The position numbers and the translations under genes are program-made. Below are positions 10,668-21,490 of a DNA stretch of 64,000 bases, piece by piece; the stretch's first letter is position 1, and every line of letters starts with the position of its first letter. Below the pieces are notes generated by a model, which was given only the letters and a program-made list of their open reading frames with translations, was not told the origin of the DNA and made no database searches. Source of the DNA: Alphaproteobacteria bacterium (lineage in GTDB: Bacteria > Pseudomonadota > Alphaproteobacteria > SP197); contig OZ219747.1 in the NCBI GenBank assembly GCA_964291265.2, positions 512,001 through 576,000 of the forward strand. The letters run 5' to 3'.

Positions 10668-11897
10668 ATGGACAAGCGTCACAGTTGGCCCGACCACCAC
10701 TGGAACTGGCCGATCGCCATCAACCACAAGCACGGAGTGCGCTGTGGCTCGATGATCTGGTTGGGCGGTCAGGTCGATCTCGCCCCCGATGGGGCGGTCC
10801 GCAATCCCGGGGACATCGAGGCCCAGACCGGCAATGCGATGGCCTATCTCGTCCGGGTCCTTGAAGACCTCGACTGTGCGCCGCAGGACCTCGTCACGCT
10901 TCTCATCTTCTACGTCAACGACGGCTCCCTCGACGAGTCGGATCTGCTTGCCATGGTAGCGCGCCATCTCCCGGATGACTGCCGTCTCACCGTCAACGCC
11001 GTTCCGGTTCCCTGGCTGGCCTACGAGGGTCTCACGATCGAGATCGAGGGCTATGCCATGCGCCGCAGGAACGGCACGCCGACACGCAGGGACATCGCCG
11101 CCGGACGGTCAGGCTCTCCCCTCGCCGCACCCTGGGTGGAGGGATTGCGGTCGGACAGCATGATCTTCGTGTCGGCCCAGTATCCGTTTGACGACGAGGG
11201 CCGCGTTGCGGCAAAGGGCGACATCGTCGCCCAGACCCGGCTGGTCATGAAGCGCGCAGAGCATGTCCTCGACCACTTCGGCGCCGGATTCGACGATGCC
11301 GTCAAGATCAACCGCTGGTATTCCGGCGGCTCCGGCATTGCCGATTTCGAGGCAGCCGCCCTTGCCTGCGCGGCACATTTCCAGGAACCGGGACCGGCCG
11401 CCACCGGCGTCCCCATCCCGCGTCATGCCGACCGCGATGTCCTCATCAAGATCTCCATGGTCGCCATGCTCGGCGAGGACGGCGAGCGTCTCGAGCGCAC
11501 CCATGCATGGCCCGACAGCCTGTGGGACTGGCATGTCCATCTTCCCTACAAGCACGGGCTCAAGTGCCGGGACATGATCTTCCTCGGAGGCCAGGTCTCC
11601 CTCGACCGGAGGGGCGAAGCGGTTCACCCTGACGATCTCTCGCGCCAGACACACCAGGCGATGACCCATGTCGGCACCATTCTCGAGGCCCTGGGGGCCG
11701 GCTACAACGACGTGTGCAAGGTGACGACAGTCTACAAGGGCGATTGCGGCGCCGAGGCGCTCAACGCCAACCTGCCCATCCGCTCCTCCTACTTCCATGA
11801 TCCCGGCCCCGCCTCCACCGGCGTGCCGCTTCCGGTCCTCGCCTATGATTCCATGGTGATCGAGATCGATGTCTTCGCCATGACGGAATCGTCATGA
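10668..11897 (+). CDS. Protein with three tandem Rid (YjgF/YER057c/UK114) domains
   Basis: Three repeats of MI(W/F)xxxQ...QT...(I)EI-type modules. Confidence 0.8.
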   Translation: MDKRHSWPDHHWNWPIAINHKHGVRCGSMIWLGGQVDLAPDGAVRNPGDIEAQTGNAMAYLVRVLEDLDCAPQDLVTLLIFYVNDGSLDESDLLAMVARHLPDDCRLTVNAVPVPWLAYEGLTIEIEGYAMRRRNGTPTRRDIAAGRSGSPLAAPWVEGLRSDSMIFVSAQYPFDDEGRVAAKGDIVAQTRLVMKRAEHVLDHFGAGFDDAVKINRWYSGGSGIADFEAAALACAAHFQEPGPAATGVPIPRHADRDVLIKISMVAMLGEDGERLERTHAWPDSLWDWHVHLPYKHGLKCRDMIFLGGQVSLDRRGEAVHPDDLSRQTHQAMTHVGTILEALGAGYNDVCKVTTVYKGDCGAEALNANLPIRSSYFHDPGPASTGVPLPVLAYDSMVIEIDVFAMTESS

Positions 11898-13096
11898 GCA
11901 ACGTCAGGAAGGTCGTCCTCGCCTACTCCGGAGGCCTCGACACCTCGGTCATTCTGCGCTGGCTCCAGGACACCTGGCAGTGCGAGGTGGTGACGTTCAC
12001 GGCGGACCTCGGGCAGGGAGAGGACCTCGCGCCGGCGCGCGCCAAGGCCGCCATGATGGGCGTCAAGGAGATCTTCATCGAGGATCTGCGCGAGGAGTTC
12101 GCCGCGAACTTCGTGTGGCCGATGTTCCGGGCCAACGCCCTCTACGAGGGTGTCTACCTCCTCGGTACGGCGATCGCCCGGCCGCTCATCGCCATGCGCC
12201 AGATCGGCATCGCCCATGAGACCGGCGCCGATGCCGTGGCCCATGGCGCAACGGGAAAGGGCAACGACCAGGTCCGGTTCGAACTCGGCTACCAGGCGCT
12301 CGATCCCGACATCAGGGTGATCGCCCCGTGGCGGGAATGGGACCTTGCCTCGCGCACGAAGTTGATCGCCTATGCCGAGAGCCGGCAGATTCCCATTCCC
12401 CGCGACAGCCGGGGCGAGGCCCCCTTCTCGGTCGACGCCAACCTCCTCCACGTTTCGGCCGAGGGAAAGGTCCTGGAGGACCCGGCATCGGCCCCACCCG
12501 ATCACGTCTGGTCGCGGACCGTGTCTGCGCAGGACGCACCGGACGTTCCCACGGAAGTGGAGATCGGCTTCGAAAGGGGCGACGCCGTGGCCATCGACGG
12601 CGAGGGCCTGTCGCCGGCGACCCTCCTCGCCCGCCTCAACGAACTCGGCGGCGCCAACGGGATCGGCCGCGTCGACATGGTGGAAAACCGTTTCATCGGG
12701 ATGAAGAGCCGCGGCGTCTACGAGACCCCGGGAGGCACCATCCTGATCGCCGCCCACCGGGCCATGGAGTCGCTGACCCTGGACAGGGGCGCCGCCCATC
12801 TCAAGGACGAGCTCATGCCGCGGTACGCGGAGCTCATCTACAACGGCTTCTGGTTTTCCCCGGAACGCGAGATGCTCCAGGCGCTGATCGACCGCAGCCA
12901 GGAACATGTCTCCGGCACGGTGCGCCTGACGCTCTACAAGGGAAATGTCACGGTCACCGGGCGCCGTTCGCCGCACTCGCTCTACAGTCTCGCCCACGTC
13001 ACCTTCGAGGAAGATGCCGTCTACAACCAGCGCGACGCCGAGGGGTTCATCCGCCTCAATGCCTTGCGCCTCGCCCTCGCCAGCAAGCGCCGCTGA
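11894..13096 (+). CDS. argG: Argininosuccinate synthase
   Basis: [43 protein letters not shown]. Confidence 0.97.
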   Translation: MSNVRKVVLAYSGGLDTSVILRWLQDTWQCEVVTFTADLGQGEDLAPARAKAAMMGVKEIFIEDLREEFAANFVWPMFRANALYEGVYLLGTAIARPLIAMRQIGIAHETGADAVAHGATGKGNDQVRFELGYQALDPDIRVIAPWREWDLASRTKLIAYAESRQIPIPRDSRGEAPFSVDANLLHVSAEGKVLEDPASAPPDHVWSRTVSAQDAPDVPTEVEIGFERGDAVAIDGEGLSPATLLARLNELGGANGIGRVDMVENRFIGMKSRGVYETPGGTILIAAHRAMESLTLDRGAAHLKDELMPRYAELIYNGFWFSPEREMLQALIDRSQEHVSGTVRLTLYKGNVTVTGRRSPHSLYSLAHVTFEEDAVYNQRDAEGFIRLNALRLALASKRR

Positions 13097-13100
13097 GCCA

Positions 13101-13994
13101 TCACCCTTCGGGCACATCGACCCGGTTCTGCCGGCACGCAGCGTGCAGCGTGTTCACCAGCAGGCAGGCGATGGTCATCGGTCCGACGCCGCCTGGAACC
13201 GGCGTGATGGCGCCTGCAACCTCGACCGCTTCCCCGAAACAGACATCGCCGACGAGTCGCGTCCTGCCGTCCTCGCGGGCCAGGCGGTTGACGCCGACAT
13301 CGATGACCGTGGCGCCCGGCCTGATCCAGTCGCCGCGCACCATCTCGGGACGGCCGACAGCGGCCACCACGATATCGGCCCGGCGCACCACGTCCGGCAG
13401 GTCGCGGGTACGCGAGTGGGCAATCGTCACCGTGCAGTGATCCTGGAGAAGCAGCTGCGCCATGGGCTTGCCAACGATGTTCGAGCGGCCGACGATCACC
13501 GCGTTGGCGCCCTCCAGGCCGTGCGCCCCGAGAGTTTCGCGCAGCAGGATGCGGCAGCCCAGCGGCGTGCACGGCACCATGGCGTCCTGGCCTGAAGACA
13601 GGCGGCCGGTGTTGATGGCATGGAAGCCGTCGACGTCCTTGAGAGGATCGATGGCGTCGATAACCTGGTGTTCGTCGACCTGATCGGGCAACGGCAGCTG
13701 GACCAGGATCCCGTTGACCTCGTCGGATGCATTGAGTTCGGCGACCCTGGCGAGCACCTCTTCGGCCGTCGAGGAGGCCGGCATGCGGAACTCGAAACTC
13801 TCCATGCCCGCTTCCCGGGTCGCCTTTCCCTTGCTCCTGACATAGACGTCGCTGGCCGGGTCCTCGCCGACGAGCACGACGGCCAGTCCGGGCTTCACCC
13901 CCGAGGTCGCCGTCAATCGCGCCACCCGGGCCGCCACATCCCGGCGCACCTTCAGGGCGACGGCCCTGCCGTCAATGATCGTTGCCTTGCCCAT
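13101..13994 (-). CDS. folD: Methylene-THF dehydrogenase/cyclohydrolase
   Basis: [43 protein letters not shown]. Confidence 0.96.
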   Translation of the reverse strand: MGKATIIDGRAVALKVRRDVAARVARLTATSGVKPGLAVVLVGEDPASDVYVRSKGKATREAGMESFEFRMPASSTAEEVLARVAELNASDEVNGILVQLPLPDQVDEHQVIDAIDPLKDVDGFHAINTGRLSSGQDAMVPCTPLGCRILLRETLGAHGLEGANAVIVGRSNIVGKPMAQLLLQDHCTVTIAHSRTRDLPDVVRRADIVVAAVGRPEMVRGDWIRPGATVIDVGVNRLAREDGRTRLVGDVCFGEAVEVAGAITPVPGGVGPMTIACLLVNTLHAACRQNRVDVPEG

Positions 13995-14214
13995 GACTGC
14001 CGCTCCGCCCACGTCTTCCGAGGAGGCACCCATAGTGAACCGCGCGCCGCGCCGTCAAGGACGGATCGCACGCGCGTCGGCGGTCACGGTCTGGTCTTCA
14101 CCGTCACGGTCGACACGATCCACGGTCCGGGCGCCTGGTCGCTGACAGCACACCGCTTCTTCGAACGCAACTGTGGTACCGTGAAGATGCCCGGGGACCG
14201 GTGGTTCCGTAATG

Positions 14215-14945
14215 TCTCACCTTGACTTTCTGGGCCGTCGGCCCGTTCCGGGCTTGGGGCTTGGTTTGTTCGGCTCCGGCGCCACGCGCGTCGATCAAGC
14301 CCACGATCCATTCCATGTCGTGAAGCGTGTTAGTGATCCCTGCGGCCATCGTCGGCGTCACCCGGAGCGTCTTGTGGACGCGCACGAAGTTGTAATGAAG
14401 GTAGAGTGACAGCGCGTGAAGGTGGTTCTCGATCTTCTTGGAGAACGCATTGGTCAGCCGCATGAACCGGCGCATCCCCATCCGCATCGAAAGATTGGAG
14501 CGCTCCACGTAGGACATGCTGATGTGACGCTTGTCGGGATTGCCCTCGACCTTGCGCCTGCGCGTACCGATGCACTCTTCATGAACTCGATAGCCGTCTG
14601 GCCGGATCGGTCCCCGACTTCGTAGGCCAGGATCATCTTGCTGTCGGCATCGAGGCTCGTCCAGGTCCAGAAGTCCCCGACATCGGACGGCGCGGCCGTC
14701 GCGCACTTGACGTTCTTCTGCTTGGCATAGCAGAAGGACCAAATCTCGTCGCACTGGATGCGGCGGGTGTGAACATTCCGGACAGCCTCGTCATGGTAGG
14801 CCGCACAAGCCTCGCCAGCGTCGACCAAAAGCTTCGTCACAGTGTTGACCGAGACTCCGGCCGCGCGGTTGATAGATCGCATGGACATGCCTTCAACAAG
14901 CATGTTGAGGATCGGCACTCGCTTGGATGTTGGAAGCCTGTTTAT
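14215..14945 (-). pseudogene. IS1-family transposase (ATA in place of start codon, frameshift, internal deletion)
   Basis: ILNMLVEGMSMRSI, IQCDEIWSFCYAK, HISMSYVERSNLSMRMGMRRFMRLTNAFSKK, YNFVRVHKTLRVTP across two frames. Confidence 0.88.
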
Positions 14946-14989
14946 GCCCCTGATCTAGGGGCACAATCACCTGTTGTCAAGCATTATTT

Positions 14990-15229
14990 TCAGTTTAAGT
15001 AGGTATTCGGGTCCAAGGGCAGCAGGTCAAGACCATACGCCGCCAATGCCCGTTCGATCTCCTCAAGTTGCGCTTGTGTGTAACCGTCATCTTCCAAGGG
15101 GCGAGGAATCGAGATTAGTTTTCCGTTGTGGGTAAAGCGCAGGGAGGCCTCGGTATCCAAGTCCTCCCTGCGCTCGCACATTTGACCCACGATTCTAGCG
15201 AACACTACCTCTGCTGGGTGAATGACCAT
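14990..15229 (-). CDS. Small protein, weakly HicA-like
   Basis: ASLRFTHNGKLISIPRP...YTQAQLEEIERAL pattern; AT-richer than flanks; overlaps the upstream gene. Confidence 0.4.
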   Translation of the reverse strand: MVIHPAEVVFARIVGQMCERREDLDTEASLRFTHNGKLISIPRPLEDDGYTQAQLEEIERALAAYGLDLLPLDPNTYLN

Positions 15230-15546
15230 CAGGCCGCAACCGCTTCTCTCATCCATGGCACCACTCCAGCCAGACCCGGCACTGGCGACATGCGTGCCTC
15301 GTCACTGCGTTGTTCCACCCACTTCTTGAATGCTTGAAATGACATCTCGGGAACGAAAGTAACATCTTCGTTGTAGTTCTCTTTGAAGAGTACCGAGAGT
15401 GTGGGCGCGACTTCCATAAAGGCGATCTTCAGGTTCTTGTGGGCTACACAGAGACCTTGCGTCTTGGAATCGCCAGACGTGAAGAAGTGCGCACCATCCA
15501 CGCACTTGTACAGAACCTTAACGGCTTGCATGGTTCTCACCTCCAT
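15229..15546 (-). CDS. Small protein, weakly HicB/DUF1902-like
   Basis: AHFFTSGDSKTQGLCVAHKNLKIAFMEVAPTLSVL resembles the HicB N-terminal beta-beta-beta-alpha pattern. Confidence 0.45.
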   Translation of the reverse strand: MEVRTMQAVKVLYKCVDGAHFFTSGDSKTQGLCVAHKNLKIAFMEVAPTLSVLFKENYNEDVTFVPEMSFQAFKKWVEQRSDEARMSPVPGLAGVVPWMREAVAA

Positions 15547-15755
15547 CTCGCGTTCGCAGCCTTGGCTGCGGTCTCGCTTCGTTTCTCGGGCGTGAGCGCA
15601 TCCGCTCGCGCAATACCACCAACGCGACCCGCCTTGGCTCGCCCTGGCGTCTGATAGGTTGTCTCCTTGATCTCGCCTGTGGCGATCTTGGCGACATGGA
15701 CGGCGCAGCCCACGACACCAGCAGGGCGCATTTCGCCCCGTGGTCCTTCAGGCAC
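15537..15755 (-). CDS. Small basic IS-associated protein
   Basis: MPEGPRGEMRPAGVVGCAVHVAKIATGE...GGIARADALTPEKRSETAAKAANARW, a type commonly seen next to IS1/IS1595-like transposases. Confidence 0.7.
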   Translation of the reverse strand: MPEGPRGEMRPAGVVGCAVHVAKIATGEIKETTYQTPGRAKAGRVGGIARADALTPEKRSETAAKAANARWR

Positions 15756-15985
15756 GCCTTCGACGCCCCATTGTGCTGTCGATCATGATCTTGCTCCTCC
15801 TGTTGGGCCGCACACGATAGTGCGCGCGGACAACAAACCCACTCTACTTGGCGGCGGACCAGATTGTCTACATGTGGTGATTCCCTGGGAACTTCCCAAG
15901 GCGGTGTCGGGAAAATTGTTCCGTTGACCCCGTTTCGTCAAGTCCTCACTGTGTTGGGCCGGAACGGAACATCAGAGGACGAGAG

Positions 15986-16250
15986 ATGAGATGCCTTGCA
16001 CTCGCGGTCGTGGCACTGATCGCGGTTCCGGCGGTTGCCGAAGAGGTGAGCGATCAAGATCGTTTGAGTTATGGACCGGGTGCGGGAATGTGGATCTTCT
16101 AGTCGGGCACCTGCCCGACGACGCCGAGGCGATCGGACTTCACAGAGGAGACATCGAAACAGCTGTGCGGAGCCGTTTGCGCGGTGCCTGCATCTATGGC
16201 AGTCCCGCACGTTCGTATCTCCATTTGAATGTTCATGTCGTGGAATGCAC
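15986..16250 (+). pseudogene. Frameshifted, truncated exported hypothetical protein
   Basis: Signal peptide MRCLALAVVALIAVPAVAEE, frameshift near 16062 into FELWTGC...IETAVRSRLRGA. Confidence 0.5.
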
Positions 16251-16290
16251 CGGGCGCACGAGGACACCCGGAACCCTGGAGGAACCTGAC

Positions 16291-17961
16291 TTGGTCAAGC
16301 CAAGAGAAACCCCGACCTGGGACTACATCATCATCGGCGCCGGATCCGCCGGCTGCGTCCTGGCCAATCGCCTGAGCGAAGGCGGCCAGCACTCGGTCCT
16401 GCTCCTCGAGGCCGGTCCTGCGGACCGCAACCTGATGATTCATGTGCCAGCGGGCGTTCACAAGGTCTACAAGGACCCGAAGATCAACTGGGGCTACGTC
16501 ACCGAGGGCGAACCGGACGCCTTCGACCGCCGCATCGACACGCCGCGAGGCAAGGTCGTCGGCGGGTCCTCGTCGATCAATTCCATGGTCTACATGCGCG
16601 GTCATCCCCGTGACTACGACCGCTGGGGCGAGGACTTCAATCTGCCGAAATGGAGCTACGCTCAATGCCTGCCCTACTTCAAGGCCGGCGAAACGAGCGA
16701 CCGGGGTCCAAGTGACTGGCGCGGCGGGTCGGGGCCGCTCAACACGACACGCGGCAAGCTCGACTGTCCTCTCTTCGATGTCTTTCTGGAAGCCGGCAGG
16801 CAGTCGGATCAAGGATGTTCCGATGACCTCAACGCCTACCAACCGGAGGGCATCGCCCGTTTCGACAGCACCACGCGCAACGGCCGGCGCTGCAGCGCCG
16901 CCGTGGCCCACCTCAGGCCCGCCCTTCAACGGAGCAACTGCACGCTGCTGACCGGCGCCATGGTCCACAGGCTGCTGATCGAGGGCAACCGAGCGTCGGG
17001 GGTCGAATTCATGCATCGCGGCGAGCGCCGGACGGTCGCGGCGGAACGCGAGGTGATCCTCTCGGGTGGCGCCATCAACTCGCCTCAGACACTCATGCTG
17101 TCAGGCATCGGCCCGGCCGATCATCTGCGCGGGCACGGGATCGACGTGAAGCTGGATCTTCCGGGTGTGGGGCGCAACCTGCAGGATCATCCGACCGTCA
17201 TCGTCAAGTACGCCTGCACAAGGCCGATGACAATCCACAGGGCGCTCGCTCCGGTCAACCAGCTGATGGCCGGCATGCAGTGGATTGTGACGCGGCGCGG
17301 ACCCGCGGCATCCAATTTCTGGGAGGCAGGAGGCCTGGTTCGCAGCAGTGACGACATGGACTATCCCGATGTCGAGTACCACTTCGGCCCGGCCGGCGTC
17401 AGCTTTCGCGACGACGACAGCATCGTGCTCGATCAGGCGTTCTCACTGCATGTCGACCAGTCCCGCCCGACGAGTGTCGGGCACATCGACCTGCGGTCCG
17501 CCAATCCGGCGGACAAGCCGAGACTTCACTTCAACTACCTGTCGACCGAGGACGACCGCCGGCGTTTCGTGCGGAGCATCCGCAAGGCGAGGGAACTCGT
17601 CGCGCAGGAGGCATTCGATCCCTATCGCGGCGAGGAACTCCTTCCCGGCCCGGATGCGACGACCGACAAGGACATTCTCGACTGCATCAGGGGCCTGATG
17701 GAAACCGACTATCACCCGTCATGTACCTGCCGCATGGGCAACGATGCCGACGCCGTGGTGGACCAGGAAATGCGGGTTCACGGCGTGGAGGGTCTGCGTG
17801 TCGTCGACGCCTCGGTCATGCCCAGGATCACCTGTGCGAACCTGAACGCACCGACCCAGATGATCGCCGCCCGCGCCGCCGACTTTGTCCGCGGCAAGGA
17901 ACAACTCGAGCCCTTCCACGCGACGTTCCACTTCACCGAGGAGGCGCCCGCCAAGCACTGA
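16291..17961 (+). CDS. GMC oxidoreductase, choline dehydrogenase-like
   Basis: DYIIIGAGSAGCVLANRL, GGSSSINSMVYMRG, GVGRNLQDH, YHPSCTCRMG, GLRVVDASVMP; GGAGG RBS before TTG. Confidence 0.9.
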   Translation: MVKPRETPTWDYIIIGAGSAGCVLANRLSEGGQHSVLLLEAGPADRNLMIHVPAGVHKVYKDPKINWGYVTEGEPDAFDRRIDTPRGKVVGGSSSINSMVYMRGHPRDYDRWGEDFNLPKWSYAQCLPYFKAGETSDRGPSDWRGGSGPLNTTRGKLDCPLFDVFLEAGRQSDQGCSDDLNAYQPEGIARFDSTTRNGRRCSAAVAHLRPALQRSNCTLLTGAMVHRLLIEGNRASGVEFMHRGERRTVAAEREVILSGGAINSPQTLMLSGIGPADHLRGHGIDVKLDLPGVGRNLQDHPTVIVKYACTRPMTIHRALAPVNQLMAGMQWIVTRRGPAASNFWEAGGLVRSSDDMDYPDVEYHFGPAGVSFRDDDSIVLDQAFSLHVDQSRPTSVGHIDLRSANPADKPRLHFNYLSTEDDRRRFVRSIRKARELVAQEAFDPYRGEELLPGPDATTDKDILDCIRGLMETDYHPSCTCRMGNDADAVVDQEMRVHGVEGLRVVDASVMPRITCANLNAPTQMIAARAADFVRGKEQLEPFHATFHFTEEAPAKH

Positions 17962-18167
17962 GGCGACCATGCGGGCCGCCTGCGAAGAGGACCCGCATCA
18001 AGCCTCTATCCGTGGGTCCTGAGGCGGATCGTCATCGTCGTGACACCCGAAGAGGACGACCGGCTGGTCGGTCGGTCTCATGCGCCCCTGGCACGTTGTC
18101 CCGGCGCCGAGAATCGAACCGGGCAGCGTCCGGAGGTGGCGTCATCGGCGCGTTGACGAGAACCCGG

Positions 18168-18467
18168 CTAGCGAATCGAGAACGCCATCTCCGCCAGCAT
18201 GCGGCGGGCGAAGCCGACCAGAACGAGGGCGATCAGCGGTGAGGCGTCGATGCCGCCAAGGTCGCCGAACAGGCGGCGCAGGACCTGCCGTATGGGAGCC
18301 AGGACCGGCTCGGTGACTTGCCAGAGAAAGTGGCCGACCTGACTGACGAACGGCTGGCGGGCGTTGATGACATTGAATGCAACCAACCAGCTCAGGATGA
18401 CGTGCAGGATGAGAACCCAGAAGTAGATGCTGAGCAAGGCGTCAGCAAGCCAGAAGATGGACTGCAT
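18168..18467 (-). CDS. yggT: YggT family membrane protein
   Basis: ILSWLVAFNVIN, TEPVLAPIR, GGIDASPLI. Confidence 0.92.
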   Translation of the reverse strand: MQSIFWLADALLSIYFWVLILHVILSWLVAFNVINARQPFVSQVGHFLWQVTEPVLAPIRQVLRRLFGDLGGIDASPLIALVLVGFARRMLAEMAFSIR

Positions 18468-18486
18468 GGAACCTGCGTCTCCCTTG

Positions 18487-19886
18487 TCAACCGAAGCGGG
18501 CGAGGATATCCGCCAGTCGCTTCATGCCCTTGCCGAACACCCGCAGCGTATAGAAGGAACCCGCCGCCCGCTTGCTGATCTCGCTCAAGGTCGGATCAGG
18601 CGCGATCATCCCTGCCACGGCACCGACCTTCAACCCCGAACCGATCGCCAGGACCCAGGGCGCGATCAGCTCCCGGCATGCGCCGCCACGATGGTCGCTC
18701 CCAGGATCCGACCACGCGGCGTGGTCACGACCTTGATCAGTCCCCTGGTCCTGCGCTCGGCAATGGCGCGGTCATTCTCGGCGCAGGGGAACCTCACAAG
18801 CGGTGACAGTTGCGTGCCGCCTGCGTGCTGCGTCTTCCGTCAGGCCGACATGGGCCAATTCCGGGCCCGTGCAGGTCACCCACGGGAAGGCGTCGAGATT
18901 CACCTTCGCCGGAAGGCGCAACAGGGCATTCCTGATGACGATTCCCGCGTGATGCCCGGCCAGATGGGTGAACCGGAACGCTCCGGCACTTATCGCCGAT
19001 GGCAAAGACCCGTCGGTTGGTGGTACGCAACCGGCGGTCAACCCGGATACCGTTCCGGTCAGGTGCGATAGCGGCTGCATCGAGGCCGAGATCGGTGGTG
19101 TCGGATCGGCGACCGACCGCCACCAGGAGATGGGATCCCTCGAGGACGAGCGCCTCGCCGTTCCTGTCGCAGGAGACCGTGATCCCGCCGGCCTCGCCCG
19201 GCGCGTCGCGGACGGCAAGGAGCTCGACGATCTCGATGCCATCGTCCGTCAGGCTCTCCTTCACGACGGCGGTGAGTTCGGGGTCGTCATGGGGCTGGAG
19301 GGGATCGATGTCGAGAACCGTCACGCGGCTGCCCAGACGGCGATGGGCCTGGACCATCTCGGAGCCGATCGGTCCACCGCCGACGCCGTTCGGGTGCTCC
19401 GGGAGCTTCTGGTTGTCGAACAGCATCTCGTGGGTGAACAGGGATACGGGATCGAGACCGAGGATGGGAGGAACCACCGCCCTTGATCCCGTGGCGAGGA
19501 CGAAACGGCGGGCGCGGATCGTCCGCCCTTCCACCTCCACGAATCCCGGCGAGACACCGAAACTCCGGTAGCGCTCCACGGAATCGTTGGGCTCGATGCG
19601 GGCCATGACGTCGCGCACGTGCCAGTTGACCGCGGCAAAGTCGATCTCCGGTTCATGGAGCGTGATCCCGAAGCACCGGGCATGACGCATCGCATGGGCA
19701 GGCCTTGCCGGCGGCAAGCAGAGACCTGGACGGCACGCAACCGAAATCGAGGCAGTCGCCGCCCATCCGCATGCCCTCGATAAGAGCCGTACTGCGGCCC
19801 ATGCGGGATGCGGCGCAGGCGGTGACGGGCTCTCCTGAACCCCCGCCAATGACACGGATGTCGACGCTGTCGCGGTCCGCCGTCAT
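18487..19886 (-). pseudogene. Pyridine nucleotide-disulfide oxidoreductase (dihydrolipoamide dehydrogenase/MerA-like) with multiple frameshifts and deletions
   Basis: GGDCLDFGCVPS redox motif, ATGSR, GGGPIGSE, FAIGD, FTHLAGHHA spread over at least 3 frames. Confidence 0.85.
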
Positions 19887-20611
19887 CCGGAATCCTGTCG
19901 TCGGGCCTTCAACTTCCTGGCCGCCACGGGCACCAGGGCGATCACGGCCAGACCGGCCAGGCCCAGGACAATCTCCGTCGACACGGCGTTCTCCAGGGAG
20001 AACTCGCCCCCGGACTCGAACACCTCACCCAATCCGTCGCCGATCACGTTGTAGACCGTGGTTCCGGGAATGATGCCGATGAAGGTCGTCAGCATATACA
20101 TGCCGGTCTTCACTCCGAGAAAGGCCGGCAGGAGATTGACCACCCAGAACGGAAAGACGGGCAGCAGTCTGAGGAAGAGAAGGTAGTTGAACTCGCCGTC
20201 GCGAAATCCTTCCTCCATGCGGCCGGCAAACGGCTTGACGCGCTCCCACAGGGCCTCGCCGAAAGACGTGCGGGCCACGAGAAAGACCGCCGTCGCACCC
20301 GCCGTCGCGGCGACAACGGTCAGGATGGTCCCGAGGAGCCAGCCGAAGAGAAAGCCGCCCAGCAGGGTGACGAGGGAGGCGGCGGGGAACGAGATGCCAG
20401 TCAGGAAGGCATAGGCCAGGACATAGACCACCACCGCCAGCGCCAGGTTGCCCTCCACGAGGGCGCCGAGTTCGGAGTGATGCGCCTGCAGGGACTCAAA
20501 ACTGATCTGCCTGTGAAGCCCGCTGACGAAGAGGGCAACCAGCAGTGCCACCACGACAAGGACCGGAATCAATCGCCTGAGCCGCCGCACGGTCGTTGAT
20601 TGCTGAACCAT
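19883..20611 (-). CDS. TVP38/TMEM64 (VTT/DedA-like) membrane protein
   Basis: LLGGFLFG, ATAGATAVFLVAR, LFLRLLPVFPFWVVNL, GIIPGT. Confidence 0.9.
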   Translation of the reverse strand: MVQQSTTVRRLRRLIPVLVVVALLVALFVSGLHRQISFESLQAHHSELGALVEGNLALAVVVYVLAYAFLTGISFPAASLVTLLGGFLFGWLLGTILTVVAATAGATAVFLVARTSFGEALWERVKPFAGRMEEGFRDGEFNYLLFLRLLPVFPFWVVNLLPAFLGVKTGMYMLTTFIGIIPGTTVYNVIGDGLGEVFESGGEFSLENAVSTEIVLGLAGLAVIALVPVAARKLKARRQDSG

Positions 20612-20683
20612 CACGCACGCACCCCGTTTCGGACATCGACACGACACACTAGCGGCATGACAGGCATTGAGGAAATGTCGACA

Positions 20684-20712
20684 TTGACTTCAACCGGCTC
20701 CTCCCCTATACA
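20684..20712 (+). promoter_or_regulatory. Sigma70 promoter for the rpmH operon
   Basis: TTGACT-N17-TATACA ending about 54 nt upstream of rpmH. Confidence 0.65.
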
Positions 20713-20765
20713 GCCCCGCCGCCCGCACCCCGTCCGGTGCGTGGCCCATGCTTGGAGTCCTGACG

Positions 20766-20900
20766 GTGAAACGCACATTCCAGCCCAGCCGTATCGTTCG
20801 GAAACGACGTCATGGCTTTCGTGCACGCATGAAGTCCGTGGGCGGACGTGCCGTGCTCGCGCGCCGGCGCGCGAAAGGCCGCAAGCGCCTGTCAGCCTGA
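20766..20900 (+). CDS. rpmH: 50S ribosomal protein L34 (absent from the ORF track)
   Basis: GTG start; [44 protein letters not shown], 44 aa. Confidence 0.97.
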   Translation: MKRTFQPSRIVRKRRHGFRARMKSVGGRAVLARRRAKGRKRLSA

Positions 20901-20903
20901 GTT

Positions 20904-21254
20904 ATGCCTGTCGATGTCGTGCGCCTCAGACGGAGAAGCGACTATCTTCGCGTGGCGGCGACGCGGCTGAAGGCGGTCACTCCGGGGATCGTCGTCCAGG
21001 CAGCGCCCCGCGACGACGATGCCATCGGTGTCGGGTACACGGCGAGCCGCAGGGTCGGCAACGCCGTCCGGCGCAACCGGGCGCGGCGACGGCTGAAAGC
21101 TCTCGCCCCGCCGATTCTCGCCCGGTCCGGGCACAGGGCCACAGACTATGTCCTGATCGCCCGCCGTGAAACGGTCCATCGTCCCTTCGCCTGCCTTGTC
21201 GGCGATCTCGAAAGGGCGCTCACCCGCCTCGGTAACGCTGCGCCGCGGTCATGA
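20904..21254 (+). CDS. rnpA: Ribonuclease P protein component
   Basis: [23 protein letters not shown] (RNR motif); synteny. Confidence 0.95.
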   Translation: MPVDVVRLRRRSDYLRVAATRLKAVTPGIVVQAAPRDDDAIGVGYTASRRVGNAVRRNRARRRLKALAPPILARSGHRATDYVLIARRETVHRPFACLVGDLERALTRLGNAAPRS

Positions 21255-21490
21255 GAAACGCCGCCTCATCCGTTCTACAGGCCTTCATCCTGATCTACCG
21301 GTATGGCATATCGCCCCTGACGCCGGCGTCGTGCCGCTATCTTCCGACCTGTTCGGCCTATGCCAGCGAAGCCATTCGCCGGCACGGTCCACTGAGAGGC
21401 GCCTCGCTGGCGCTCCGTCGTATCGCGCGGTGCCACCCCCTAGGCGGAAGCGGCTACGATCCGGTTCCCGAGAGAACGAACGAACGATGA
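21251..21490 (+). CDS. yidD: Membrane protein insertion efficiency factor
   Basis: [33 protein letters not shown]. Confidence 0.95.
   Translation: MRNAASSVLQAFILIYRYGISPLTPASCRYLPTCSAYASEAIRRHGPLRGASLALRRIARCHPLGGSGYDPVPERTNER

Larger units (their letters stand above)
14209..15847 (-). mobile_element. Degenerate IS1-family-like element with passenger genes (right boundary tentative)
   Basis: GTAATGTCTCACCTTGA end at 14209; transposase pseudogene; small basic ORF often found beside such elements; possible far end CAAACCCACTCTAC at 15834-15847. Confidence 0.55.

Noticed and set aside
15991-17961. 656-aa ORF as a novel fusion to a GMC oxidoreductase
   Set aside because: The upstream part is a frameshifted remnant that happens to be in frame; a good RBS and TTG at 16291 give a normal-length enzyme
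18487-19886. Mercury resistance gene merA
   Set aside because: No C-terminal Cys pair seen and no mer operon; the pairing with TVP38 fits the common LPD-like family, and the gene is broken
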